A DNA stretch of 63,238 bases, the filler included, from Octopus bimaculoides (lineage: Eukaryota): assembly GCF_001194135.2 (NCBI RefSeq). It is 6 parts of 6 records of this genome, joined end to end, with 100 filler letters (N's around TTAATTAATTAA, not from the genome) between each part and the next. Parts side by side here need not be neighbours in the genome. Positions count along the whole stretch, not along the records: positions 1 to 17,372 come from NC_068984.1; positions 17,473 to 24,157 come from NC_068983.1; positions 24,258 to 35,820 come from NC_068982.1; 3 more parts are not named here. One strand, 5' to 3'. The translations under genes and the position numbers were made by a program. The notes beneath the pieces are model-generated. The model did not search any database and was not told the origin of the DNA. It was given only the letters and a program-made list of their open reading frames with translations. Positions within the stretch are counted from its first letter, which is position 1; each line of letters opens with the position of its first letter. Below are positions 13,910 to 26,064 of this stretch, in pieces.

Positions 13910-14030
13910 GTATGTGTGTGTATATGTTTGTGCCCGTGTTTGTCCCCCCAACATAGCTTGACAACCGATGCTGGTGTGTTTACGTCCGCGTAACCTAGCA
14001 GTTCGGCAAAAGAAACCGGTAGAATAAAAC
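13705..14030 (+). mobile_element. tRNA-derived SINE, family 1 (internal TA/TG microsatellite)
   Basis: B-box ggttcagtccc; matches copies at 27790, 32350, 53628, 62265. Confidence 0.85.
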
Positions 14031-14500
14031 TTATTTTAGTGCTGTTGACACCGACGGATTGAATGGTACTGCCCAGGTGTCAAAACCATAATGATATCGT
14101 GGGCCAGCTGATAATAGAAGTATGTTGGTATGGTTGTGGAATAGTGTTATAACACATTCTTTCATATAGCCGCATGCAAAAGTAGGTATATAGTATCACA
14201 TCAATGTTATAATATTCAATTCATTAAAATTATAAGCACATTAAATTAGTTCATTTTTGATATTTTCAGTGTCATTAATCATAATGATGCATTTATCATA
14301 ACTATATTAATACTTTTATCATAACTTTTAAATTGTATGATAAAAATAAATGAGTATTGTACATGTCTTGTTTTTTAATAAATGTATACCTACTTTGGCA
14401 ACAGCCGATATATACATATGTGTGTGTGTGGTTGTGTGTGTGTGTCCGTGTGTGTCCGTGTGTGTCCGTGTGTGTGTGTGTTTGTGTGTGTATGTCTGTA

Positions 14501-15788
14501 TCAGGTCATCCCATAAGTCCTGTGCGAATTTTGAATAAAGAAAACAAGTGAACAAAGGGTGTATTTAATTGAAATTTAATCAACAATGTACTTTCCCTGA
14601 TTATCTATGACTTCTTTCAAACTATTTACAAGCTTTTTAACCCAATCAATGTAAAACTCTTTCGGTTTCAAAGCGAAGAACTCTGAAATGTCACTTTTAC
14701 CTCCTCCTGGCTAGCGAAATTTATGTCCCACAACTGATTCCGTAAACTACGAAACAAATGGTAGTCTGATGGATCAAGCTCTGAAGAATAAGTTGGATGA
14801 GGAATTTTTTCCCAACCAAGCTCTTCGGTCTTCTGTGATGTTATCTTTGCAGTGTGGAGCCGCGCATTGTTCTGATGAAACACTCCTTTTCGATTCACTA
14901 AAGCAGGTTTTTTTTTCTTCAAAGCTTGGTTCAAAGGCTCTAATCGCTGACAGTAGACTTGAGCATTGATTGTTGCATTAAGTCGTAACAATTCAAAGTG
15001 AATTACTCATTTGCAATCCCACCAGATAGAGAGAAAAACCTTTTCCCCATGCAGTTCCCTTCTTGGTTGTAGTTGAACTTCTTCCCGTTTACCAAGTCAC
15101 TGTTTACGACGTTTAACATTTCAATAAAAGATCCCTTTTTTGTCACCAGTCACAAATTTATCCAAAAAGGGTGAAATAAGTTCGCGAGAATGGAGAGAAG
15201 AGCAGATGTCAACTCGAGATTTGCGGTTGCATTCGGACAATTCATGAGGCACCCGTTTTCCAAGTTTAGGAACCTTTCCTAGTTGTTGAAGATGACGATG
15301 AATAGTTGTAAGGTTTAAATTAAGCTTTATTGCCAATTCTTCAACTGATGATGCAGGATTTTCTTCAAGTAATGCCTTAAGGAGCTTATCATCAAACTCA
15401 ACTGGACGTCCTCTTTGATCTTCATCTTTAAGGCTGAAATCTCCATTTCTGTATTTTGCAAACCATCTTCTGCAAGTACTTTAATTGAAGCATTCTTTCC
15501 CATAAACTGGGTGCATATTTCGAGTCGCTTCGGCTGCAGAGTTTCCTTTTTTTTTTGTACTCATGAAGCATTATGTGCCTCAAATCCTCTTTAGATACCT
15601 CCATGCTAGAAAGAGTTTTAATCTAAGAAATTTTAATTCTATTATTCTGTAAAATAATATTTAATTAGTTTAAATGTACACAAATGCATAAAAATGATTT
15701 TTAATTCCATTAGACATTCTAAAATACTATTAAATTTCATTCAATTTTAAAAAAGGTAAAATCGGACAGAACTCATGGGGTGACGTGA
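14501..15788 (-). mobile_element. Full-length mariner (Tc1/mariner) DNA transposon, 1288 bp
   Basis: Imperfect ~30-bp TIRs (tcaggtcatcccataagtcctgtgcgaatt vs rc tcacgtcaccccatgagttctgtccgattt), TA on both sides. Confidence 0.92.
14576..15604 (-). pseudogene. Mariner transposase pseudogene
   Basis: RVPHEL, VTGDKK, QNNAR.H, HPTYSSELDPSDYHLF; frameshifts and stops. Confidence 0.9.
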
Positions 15789-16283
15789 TATGTAAAATTG
15801 TCGCTAAATATGATTAGGGTGTTAAAAACACCTACATCGCAAGAAATAAGAGCTCCAATGCTCATAGAGCATTAGAGCATTTTAACACTTATTTCTAGCA
15901 TGTATGTGTTTCTAAAACCTTAGTCGTATTTAGTGACACTTTCGTTTTTGGTAAAACATTGCACACTGCTGTCTATATTAACTTTCTTGATACACATGAG
16001 CAAATCGCTAAATCACTCATAGATTTTTATGGAGAAAACATATATACTGACAGACTTAAGTCCGGAATCAGCCGTTACTGATGAGGCAACGGAAATTCTC
16101 CACTGGTGTTTTCGAGCTTTTATAGTGCCTTTCAGTATATATGTATACAATTATGTGCTTTGACTACATCGTTAGAATATTTTATCTCTAATCTTTAGCA
16201 ATAAAGGTGATAGGTGGTCTATTAATCTACAGAGATAGATTGTGTTGTTAAGTTAGATGAGAGGTATATATATATATATATAT

Positions 16284-16369
<86 letters not shown>

Positions 16370-16920
16370 GCAAACTCACACACACGTGTATATATAGATA
16401 GAAATATACATACATAAATATATTCTATGTGTATTCCATTTGCGTCTCACATTTTTACAAATACAAAATCGCGCCAAGGAATATCGGGATTCTCTACAGT
16501 TACAGTTTTTTTATATATATTTATATATCCTCGATATATTTTAATGCATTTATGTATCAATGTTCGCAGCTGTATATTTTTAATGTATTAATCATCCTAT
16601 ATATTTTCAATGTATTTATATATTTGAATATTTTTGATATGTCTCTATATTTATATATTTTTAATGAATCTATGTATTTTAATATATTCTATGTAATAAT
16701 TATGTGCTCCTTGTGATTCTTCTCTATCAGTTCTATTGACGAGAGTTGGATTATTGTTTGTGGACTGAATTATCTGATGTTATCCTCACTTATATGTTAA
16801 TCATTTGTCTTAAATCTCAGTATCATGAGCACTTCTACCTGCAACCTGTAATCTTAAGAAAATAGGAGTTTATCTCGTATTCTACGTATTCTTTCTTAAA
16901 TATGACTCTGTGTGTGTTTG

Positions 16921-16951
<31 letters not shown>

Positions 16952-16959
16952 TTTAAATA

Positions 16960-17340
16960 TAATGAGACAACAAAACCATGCTGTGTGGAATTTTCAGGAC
17001 ATTTATAAAGAGAAAATTAGTCTTACAGGCGTTTCTGGGATATTAGCGATATCCCTTCGGCAGAGACGTTATGAAATGGTTCAATAGAGGAAAATATTAG
17101 AGTTCAATATAAGGAAAAGGAAAGAAATAAGAAGTATATAGGGAAGTAAGAGAATGACTGTAACAATAAAGATACATAAAGATGTTAAGTTGTCTCATTT
17201 TATTTAACATATACAAGCTCAGACAAGATCCGCATAAGACTCCTAACGCGTATCATTATCGAATCGAGAATTTAACTACGGTCCTTCCATAGCACATATA
17301 TAGCGTTACTTGCCACATTGGGACTTCTGGATACCAATGC
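16960..17340 (-). mobile_element. Putative PLE 3' end / pseudo-LTR
   Basis: LNKMRQLN-like ORF tail, pyrimidine-rich UTR, then an HHR motif. Confidence 0.45.
17020..17067 (-). ncRNA. Type I hammerhead-like motif, core CUGCCGA
   Basis: GUCU CUGCCGA A GGGAUAU-cgcua-AUAUCCC A GAAAC gccu GUA AGAC; stem I 4 bp, stem II 7 bp. Confidence 0.55.
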
Positions 17341-17341
17341 T

Positions 17342-17372
<31 letters not shown>

Positions 17373-17503
17373 NNNNNNNNNNNNNNNNNNNNNNNNNNNN
17401 NNNNNNNNNNNNNNNNTTAATTAATTAANNNNNNNNNNNNNNNNNNNNNNNNNNNNNNNNNNNNNNNNNNNNATATATATATATATATATATATATACAT
17501 ACA

Positions 17504-17539
<36 letters not shown>

Positions 17540-17885
17540 TATATCAGTTGTTCAGATCAAAGACAGATAATTAATGTGTATTGAAATCATAGATATTACA
17601 CTTTTTAGATATGAACGAACATTGTCGCACTTGTTTAATTCTGAACACCTGTTCGGGGTGTGTTGCAAATCGAAAATATAATGAATACATCCATATATGC
17701 TTATATATATATATATATATATATATGCGTGTGTGTGTCTGTGTGTGTTTGCGTAGATGTATACATATATATACAAGTATGTTTGTGCGTATGTATGTGT
17801 TATGTGTATTTATTCGTGTATAAACACGGTTACATTTATTTACATATGTATACATACTCGTATATATGCAGATATGTAAATGTAT

Positions 17886-17945
<60 letters not shown>

Positions 17946-18746
17946 NNNNNNNNNNNNNNNNNNNNNNNNNNNNNNNNNNNNNNNNNNNNNNNNNNNNNNN
18001 NNNNNNNNNNNNNNNNNNNNNNNNNNNNNNNNNNNNNNNNNNNNNNNNNNNNNNNNNNNNNNNNNNNNNNNNNNNNNNNNNNNNNNNNNNNNNNNNNNNN
18101 NNNNNNNNNNNNNNNNNNNNNNNNNNNNNNNNNNNNNNNNNNNNNNNNNNNNNNNNNNNNNNNNNNNNNNNNNNNNNNNNNNNNNNNNNNNNNNNNNNNN
18201 NNNNNNNNNNNNNNNNNNNNNNNNNNNNNNNNNNNNNNNNNNNNNNNNNNNNNNNNNNNNNNNNNNNNNNNNNNNNNNNNNNNNNNNNNNNNNNNNNNNN
18301 NNNNNNNNNNNNNNNNNNNNNNNNNNNNNNNNNNNNNNNNNNNNNNNNNNNNNNNNNNNNNNNNNNNNNNNNNNNNNNNNNNNNNNNNNNNNNNNNNNNN
18401 NNNNNNNNNNNNNNNNNNNNNNNNNNNNNNNNNNNNNNNNNNNNNNNNNNNNNNNNNNNNNNNNNNNNNNNNNNNNNNNNNNNNNNNNNNNNNNNNNNNN
18501 NNNNNNNNNNNNNNNNNNNNNNNNNNNNNNNNNNNNNNNNNNNNNNNNNNNNNNNNNNNNNNNNNNNNNNNNNNNNNNNNNNNNNNNNNNNNNNNNNNNN
18601 NNNNNNNNNNNNNNNNNNNNNNNNNNNNNNNNNNNNNNNNNNNNNNNNNNNNNNNNNNNNNNNNNNNNNNNNNNNNNNNNNNNNNNNNNNNNNNNNNNNN
18701 NNNNNNNNNNNNNNNNNNNNNNNNNNNNNNNNNNNNNNNNNNNNNN

Positions 18747-18777
<31 letters not shown>

Positions 18778-18810
18778 TTGTACGTGTACGTGTATGTGTG
18801 CGTGTGTATT

Positions 18811-18842
<32 letters not shown>

Positions 18843-18950
18843 ACATATGTATATATATAATTATATACATGTATACATATATATGTGCGTATGCATATAT
18901 ATGTATGTACGTATGCATGTATGTATAAATGTATACACACATACGTACCC

Positions 18951-18987
<37 letters not shown>

Positions 18988-19025
18988 TATGTATATATAC
19001 ACATATACATATATATATATAGTTT

Positions 19026-19174
19026 TATTAACATTTAACAGAAGCCACAGAGTTGCTCAAGGGCCGAGAGTTTCGTGTGTTGGCACTTATCACGCATATC
19101 GTGCTTTGGCACGTACCAACAGACGTAAGTCTTGGCTTTTTGAGTCGCTCTGTTGCTTCTGCTAAATATTAATA
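19026..19174. repeat. Imperfect inverted repeat, ~61-bp arms, 26-nt loop
   Basis: Arms 19026-19086 and 19113-19174; about 47/62 Watson-Crick pairs by hand count. Confidence 0.85.
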
Positions 19175-19277
19175 GACATACGTACTACATATACTCATGT
19201 TTTGAGTTCTTTTTTTCCTGTCTGCATCACCAAACATATACATGCGCGCGCGCGTGAGTGAGAGAGTGAAAGAGAGC

Positions 19278-19319
<42 letters not shown>

Positions 19320-19543
19320 ATGCCCTGGGTATGGCATTAAACAGCAGTTGCTGTGAGGATCCAGTGCGGCACTTCTGGAGTTCTGGAACGTGGAGTCACC
19401 TGGTTAATTAACATTACTCCCAGGTCCGTTCCGGTCCAGAACAATAGTACCTGTTAGGGTCCCATTTATTATGAGTCAAATAGATTTCTCTGGGGTAGAG
19501 GAAGTTCCCAATATATATGACAGACCCGTTTAGGAAACGAGCT

Positions 19544-19584
<41 letters not shown>

Positions 19585-19587
<3 letters not shown>

Positions 19588-19750
19588 TGTGTTTGTCCTC
19601 CCAACATCGCTTGACAATTGATATTGGGGTATTTACGTTCCCGTAACTAGCGGTTCGGCAAAAGAGACCGATAAAACAAGTACTAGGCTTATAAAGAATA
19701 AGTCCTGGATTTGTTCGACTAAAAGCAGTGCTCCAGCATGGACGCAGTCA
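19585..19750 (+). mobile_element. SINE family 1, 3' half
   Basis: aacatcgcttgacaa...gctccagcatgg match to other copies. Confidence 0.8.
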
Positions 19751-19888
19751 AATAATATATACATACACACACACTCGCACATATATATTATGTGTGCGTG
19801 TGTGTTTACGTATACAACAATTTTTATTTTGTTCAACCTATAGTAATACAACTTTTTTCTACACATACCCACACATATTCGCGCGCAC

Positions 19889-19924
<36 letters not shown>

Positions 19925-20219
19925 TACACTTGGTAGTGACTTAATTACCCTCCTGAGATACAACAAAATCTGTTTCAGCACACGAGTTTACATCGAAATC
20001 TTGCAAACCAAATACAAAATCGAAGGAGCCTATGAAACAAATACGTGCCGGCGAATCATTGTATATTGTAGCCGCCCTTCTATTCCTCTTGAGCGACTTT
20101 GTGCCACAGTATTCTGTCACTCTATTTCTACTTATCGTCGTCGCAGTAATACTGCTTCATATCTGTTTTAACCTTTTTTGGAATTTGGCCGAGTTGTCAA
20201 TATGAACAAATTGAGTTAA

Positions 20220-20455
20220 CGAAAGGAGCCCTTTCTGAGTCAACGAGTAGAGCCTCTGACGTGCTCTATCGGAAGGACTTCCGTCAAATGAGCGATGTTA
20301 GACATAAATAGAAAGCTTCTGCCGAATCAATGAAGGGAGGCGCCTGTGAGCCAGTAAAGGGAGGCGCCTGTGAGCCAGTAAAGGGAGCATTTACTCAGTC
20401 AAGAAGAGAAGCTACTGTCAAATCCAAAAGGGAGAGCTTCTGTCGAGTCTATAAG
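20220..20455. repeat. Degenerate ~24-bp minisatellite
   Basis: Two exact aagggaggcgcctgtgagccagta units flanked by diverged units. Confidence 0.55.
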
Positions 20456-21000
20456 AGAAATTGGTCTGTTTTATCGGTCTAAGCTTGAGCCTGAATGTGA
20501 CTACTTTAAGTGCTAGTAATAGCAATCTTTAAAACACACCCTACCATCATAAAAATGCGAGTTCATATTAGATAAAACAACTTTGATCACTGGTCAACTG
20601 AATGTGGTCTAATTTGGGGCTAAATAACGACAACTTCAAATACAACCAGTTCCATCACACATAATTTACTCTTCTATGTAACAACCCATGCTGAAATGCC
20701 TTTGACGACAGGTCTGCTCGATTCGGACTCATTTGAAACTAAACGACAATAAATCTTCCTTGTAACAAACCAACGAGGGGGACTTCAACGTAGCCACCCC
20801 AATTGCCAGAAATAGAAGCTAAACCTCGCACAAACAATACTCCAACCTCTCAATAACTGAAGGAGACGTTGTTGCACAATATAGTCCATTATATAAATAG
20901 ATAATGATGACGACTGGAATATCTTTGATCAAATGTCTCTCCGATTATATATATGACCAGGAACTAATCAACAACATACACACACGCTACCTAAAAAGAT

Positions 21001-21069
<69 letters not shown>

Positions 21070-21219
21070 TCCTATAGAAAAACATACATATACACAGATA
21101 TATCAATAACTTAAACGTAATGGATTGTAGAGAATGAAAATAGATGGGACAGGTATGTGTGTGCGCGTGCGTACACACATACCTATTGCTCTAGTTTTCG
21201 AAAACACACGATTATATAG

Positions 21220-21620
21220 ACAAAATGAGAGAGGGGAAAATATAGTCATGTTCGCAAACTGATTTTAATTTCCTGTGTACTTCAATAAAAAAAATCTGTA
21301 TATGGATGTACACAAACAAGCACACGTAGATAAAACATATACGTGTCCGCAGTTCCCCTGTTGTCTGTAGACACTATTTTCCCTCCTTATTGCACTATTT
21401 TTCCTCTTTATGACATGTCAGTGTTGAAGGAGCCTTGGTCTTGAGATTATTTCTTTTCATTTGGAGTTGGTAATAATTGCCACCAAGCGATTGGTGTACC
21501 TTCTTTGAAAGTAGAGGCAATTTCAGCAAGTCAATAAATTTATCTTGCAGGACATTTAATATAACCTTCTTCGTCTTTATTGTTTAAATAAATGTCACGG
21601 ACTACTACGAATTATTTCTT
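21220..21620 (-). mobile_element. Decayed PLE GIY-YIG C-terminal fragment
   Basis: STFKEG.. and RKLKSVCEH resemble the PLE TFK.R and REL.S.CRH motifs. Confidence 0.35.
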
Positions 21621-22879
21621 CTAGCTCATTCCTATTTCGTGTGTGTGAGTGCTATGTCTGTCTGTCTGTCTGTCTGTTTGTATGTAGGTATGTATGTATG
21701 TATGTATGCATGTATGTATGTATGTACGTTTGTATGTATGTAGGAAAGTGAGTCAGAATGTATTGCTATTTTTACTTACATTATTTATTGACTCAGTCTT
21801 GTAAACACGAGTCAAAAAGTAATGCAACTAAAAATTGCATTTCTTTCTGACTTGACTCGTAAATTTGTATTTGTGATGCGGCCTAAAATAGAATTAAATA
21901 ACAGATCTCAGCATGGGAGAAGAACCACGTATTTATCTCTGGTCATATTATCGTTCTAACAATTACACCATGTGGACTCTGGTACATTTCTAATACAGAA
22001 ATAACAATTGCGAATGCCTTTTAACTGGAAAAGCTTAACAATCTCATCTCCTTCCAGATCTCATGAGAATCATGGATAATTTAGCAGCAACTTAACCACC
22101 GTATATATAAGTAAATAGAAACAGAGGATGAATATTGTATATGAAGTGGCAGACTTTTAAAAACGGATGGTGTCGATCAAGTTGACGCTAAAATATATAG
22201 ATAAGTACAAGCACACTAACTCACTCAAATTAATGTATATGTGTATATGTATTTATGTATGTACACACACATAAACAAGCATACATAGTTGTACATACAT
22301 ACATACATACATACATACATACGTACGTACGTACGTACGTACATACATACACATACATACATACATGCATACATACATACATACATACATACATACATAC
22401 ATACATACATACATACGTATATGTACATGCTTGCATGCACACATATTCGTACATATACATATAATCTGATATTAAAGACGTATGTACTCAGAATCGTCAC
22501 ACTTCAGCACTTTCTCCATGATTTAGGAAGGAAGCAGCGGTTTAAATCTTATTTATTGGTAATATTTCCGGATATCACAAAATTGTCTTCATACCAAAAC
22601 AGAAAAAAATTTCAGAAACGAGGATGAAGAAATAAACATACTTAAAAAGAAATATATTAATGATTTAAATATATAAAACGTCTGAAGCGATATTGATTAG
22701 GTTATAAATATGCAAAAATTTAAACGACACACACGCATATACATTCGTACATGTGTGTGTGTGTGTTTGTATGTGTGTGTTTGTGTGTGTGTTTGTGCAT
22801 GTGTATATAGTAGTGTGTTTGTATCATTACTATAAGGTAATACTACGAACAAAGTAAAAATAAACTATTTTACACTTTG

Positions 22880-24140
22880 AGTTCCAGCTTACAACACTCA
22901 GAGTTTTATGTCCCTATTCGTGGACTTTCTTCGAATTAGGCCGACTAGTAAAACGGATATATTCCTTGATCGAAATTCAGCAGGTCCCAACGCATTGTTG
23001 ACTCCCGATTTGTTTTGCGCATAGAATAATGGTTTACAGACTAACAATTTTTTTAGCGTTTAAGTTTGATTAATCTAGCTCGATGGTTCTGTTTGCTTCA
23101 GAGAATGAACTTGTCCTCGTGACGACACTTAGACATTAGTTCTTATCTTAAGTTTAAGCCATCTGTTGTTTTGGTGGGGATGAAGTATTTTTTAATCATT
23201 ACAAAGAGTTGGGTGAAGTTGTGCTTATTGAAATGTATTATAAACGAACTTATATTCAAGTTATTCAACTTGTGATACTCCTAGCGCCATTTGTGGCTTT
23301 GTAATATTGTTTCTTTTGGACGTATGGCTTAAGTACTATCTTTTGAAGTTGTCCTTAGACATTCCGATGTATGATCTACAAAATTGTACGTATCCTGAAA
23401 CTGACATTGTAGCTTTGTAAATCAGTCATTCAGTTTTGCATAGAATGTGTATAATTCTTCATTATGACAATGTGTGTATTATTAAGTGTATTAAATGTCT
23501 GCTCTCTTTATTGGTCATACAGCTGTTGTTAATTGCTAACTTTTTGCGGATTAAATAGTTTGAAATGTTTATACCAATGGTACACATAGTCGGTTGTCGT
23601 ATCATGCACTGGGACAGCTTTTTTGAAATTCGTAAGACAGAATTTACTCATGTCTGCAAATCTAAACTCGCTCGTACTATTTTATTTAAGACGGTGTTGA
23701 ATGGCGGATGAAGTGAGTATCTCTGTGCGGTCATATGACTTTAATCCGTTCTTAAATCATCATGAGTTATCTAACGCTGCCCGTGAGCTGTTGGTGGTTC
23801 ACCTTTATCTTTCAGTTTCTAAATGTTGTTTGAAATTGTTGTGAAGCTTTCTAGATGGTGATGAGGAATGTACTGTTGCATTGTGCAGCAACTGTTGTTG
23901 ATATGAGTGCGCTGTTGATAAATTCCCGGTGGAGACATAAGCAAGATATACAATACTTTGTTCTAGGTATTTGTTTCCATGTTTCGGTGATAACGTGACG
24001 GCTCAATTTATGCTCTTTTGCAAAATTGCTGTGCTGCGGTTCCGCACGGAGTTAACATGTGCATGTCATTTTTATAAGCTACTGTTTCTAGAATGCCGAG
24101 AGATAAGATAGTGCTCGTTAGATTTCTGTATTTTTTGAAG
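22880..24140 (-). mobile_element. Penelope-like element (RT thumb + GIY-YIG) relic
   Basis: LHPPFNTV, LIYKATM, SYIGMSKDNFK, ELMSKCRHEDKFIL; decayed HHR-like motif at ~22896-22940. Confidence 0.75.
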
Positions 24141-24936
24141 TCTCGTATATATATATANNNNNNNNNNNNNNNNNNNNNNNNNNNNNNNNNNNNNNNNNNN
24201 NTTAATTAATTAANNNNNNNNNNNNNNNNNNNNNNNNNNNNNNNNNNNNNNNNNNNNAATACATTGTGGTGTGTGCGTACGAGTAGATGTAATCGCCTTA
24301 CCTCGGTTTTCCTTTCCTCGACTGCGAGTCCGTCTTGCGGTATCCGATCCTTGAAGCTTGCCCCGACCCAAGGTACACCAGGTATAGCAGCTGCTTCTCC
24401 CAAACCTTCCCAAACCTAGACCGTCGCTTAACACGTCTTGTCCTGACCTTAGCCCCGTTCGAAAAGGGCACGAACGCCGATCGAGGCTCTCTCTGCCCTG
24501 TTTCCCCTTCCGGTCGACTCGCCCTTCCGGTCAGCCTCCCCAGACACTGACGTCATACCACATACATCTAGGACTACATTGTGCACAATGTGTCCTTCAC
24601 CGTGTTAAAAGCGGTATGATGTGATTAAGGACAATTTTATTGCTATTTCTAGCAAATCGATTGGCCACATAGAAGCTTCTTCATTGTCTCAAGGAATATA
24701 TATGTTAGTGTTTGGGATGGGCAGTAATTGTGTACCTCCAGGTCAGGTACACTTATGATCAAATACATTCCAGCTATGACCATCCCGCCTTGTTTTCAGG
24801 GAGAGCACATCCAGGGTCGTATTATCCAATGTGTCATTCCATTTTTCAAAATAGCAATGTTAATTTGCTATTTCTAAGTAGATTGAATGATTCTCTTGAA
24901 GATGTCTTTTATTTGCAATATACAGGGTATTCTAAG

Positions 24937-25150
24937 GCACCGAGCTGGCAAGAACGTTAGCACGCTGGGCGGAATGCTTAGCAGTATTTCGTCTGTGTTT
25001 ATGTTCTGAGTTCAAATTCCGCCGAGATCGACTTTGCCTTTCATCCTTTCGGGGTCGATAAATTAAGTACCAGTTGCGTACTGGAGTCAATCAAATCAAC
25101 TGGCTCCCTCCCGAAAAATTTCGGACCTTGTACCTAGAGTAGAAAAGAAT
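24937..25150 (+). mobile_element. SINE family 2
   Basis: gagctggcaag...gttcaaattcc B-box; matches other copies. Confidence 0.85.
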
Positions 25151-25493
25151 ATACAGGCTATTCTAGCAGGACTGTAAGGTATGAGTAAATTAATCTATTT
25201 AAATACCTTGTAAGAAAACTTTTACCCTCATCCCACCCTGGGTCCTAAAGTCCTTTTATAAGAACACTGATTATGTTCTAGTGCCCTTACAAAAAACTCA
25301 TTTCCCAATTTCTCAGCTGGTAAAAAAAAACTGGCATTCTATCAGTTGTGATGATGAACAAGCCAGGAAATTAACACGCAAATGGCTGAGGATTCCACAG
25401 ACATGCATACCTTTAATGTAGTTCTCAGGAAGATTCAGCATGGCACAGAGCATGGCAAGGCTGGCCCCCTTTGAATTACAGGTACAAACTCAT

Positions 25494-25775
25494 ACAGTTT
25501 TATATCTAAGAGATGAGGAATTATGTACGTTATTTACATTTGACGGATATTTGTCCTCATCACATTTGTTAACACAACGTTTCAGCAGATATACCCTCCA
25601 GCCTTCATCAGGTGTTTTGGGGAAATTTCGAACCTGGGTTCTCATTCCTAAGGTATTTTTCGATGTTATTATCATTATTATTATTATTCAGGTCACTGCC
25701 AGGAATCGAACTCGGAATTTTGGAGTTAGCAGCCTGCGCTCTTAACCACTACGACATATGCCCGTGGGTATATGG
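25494..25775 (-). mobile_element. Short non-autonomous element: tRNA-like Pol III head + (TAA)n linker + hammerhead
   Basis: A-box gtcgtagtggtt, B-box gagttcgattcc, HHR at 25571-25616, ~14-bp TSD-like duplication, second copy at 39770-40169. Confidence 0.85.
25571..25616 (-). ncRNA. Minimal type I hammerhead ribozyme motif
   Basis: AACAC CUGAUGA A GGCUG-gaggguauau-CUGCU GAAAC GUU GUGUU; intact core, 5-bp stem I, GUU site. Confidence 0.75.
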
Positions 25776-25884
25776 TACCAGTCAGGTACAACTCATTTTT
25801 TTTCCACCTGAGTGGACTGGAGCAATGTGAAATAAAGAGTCTTGCTCAATCCAAGATACAATGCACCACCAGGAATCGAACTCA

Positions 25885-26060
25885 TCATCATCGTCGTTTA
25901 ACGTCCACTTTCCATGCTGGTATGGGTTGGACGGTTTGACTGAGAACTGGCAGGCTGAGAGGCTGTACCAGGCTCCAATCTGATCTGGCAAGGTTTCTAC
26001 AGTCGGATGCCCTTCCTGATGTGAACCTCTCCGAGAGTGTAGTGGGTACTTTTACGTGCC
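25885..26060 (-). mobile_element. Short repeat with RTE-like 3' tail ending in (GAT)n
   Basis: rc of ggaagggcatcc...aacccat..cagcatggaaagtggacgttaaacgacgatgatgatg; copies at 29380-29780, 35921-36095, 40570-40740, 42645-42830. Confidence 0.7.
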
Positions 26061-26064
26061 ACCG

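Larger units (their letters stand above)
25365..25885 (-). mobile_element. tRNA-derived SINE family 3, split by the insertion at 25494-25775
   Basis: Halves 25365-25493 and 25783-25885 match 29893-30186 and 62780-62985; caggtaca(a)actcat duplicated at 25479-25493 and 25783-25796. Confidence 0.75.

Noticed and set aside
16070-16125. CTGATGAGGCAACGGAAA as a hammerhead
   Set aside because: Stems I and III cannot be formed; at most a decayed relic.
17571-19038. Long ORFs over microsatellites and N runs (also 43031-43870, 55187-56111, 59600-60521)
   Set aside because: Translations of (TG)n, (TA)n or Ns.
24258-24625. Solo LTR starting TGTAGT on the minus strand
   Set aside because: The apparent terminus belongs to a short interspersed repeat related to ~20520-20635; no second LTR or TSD.
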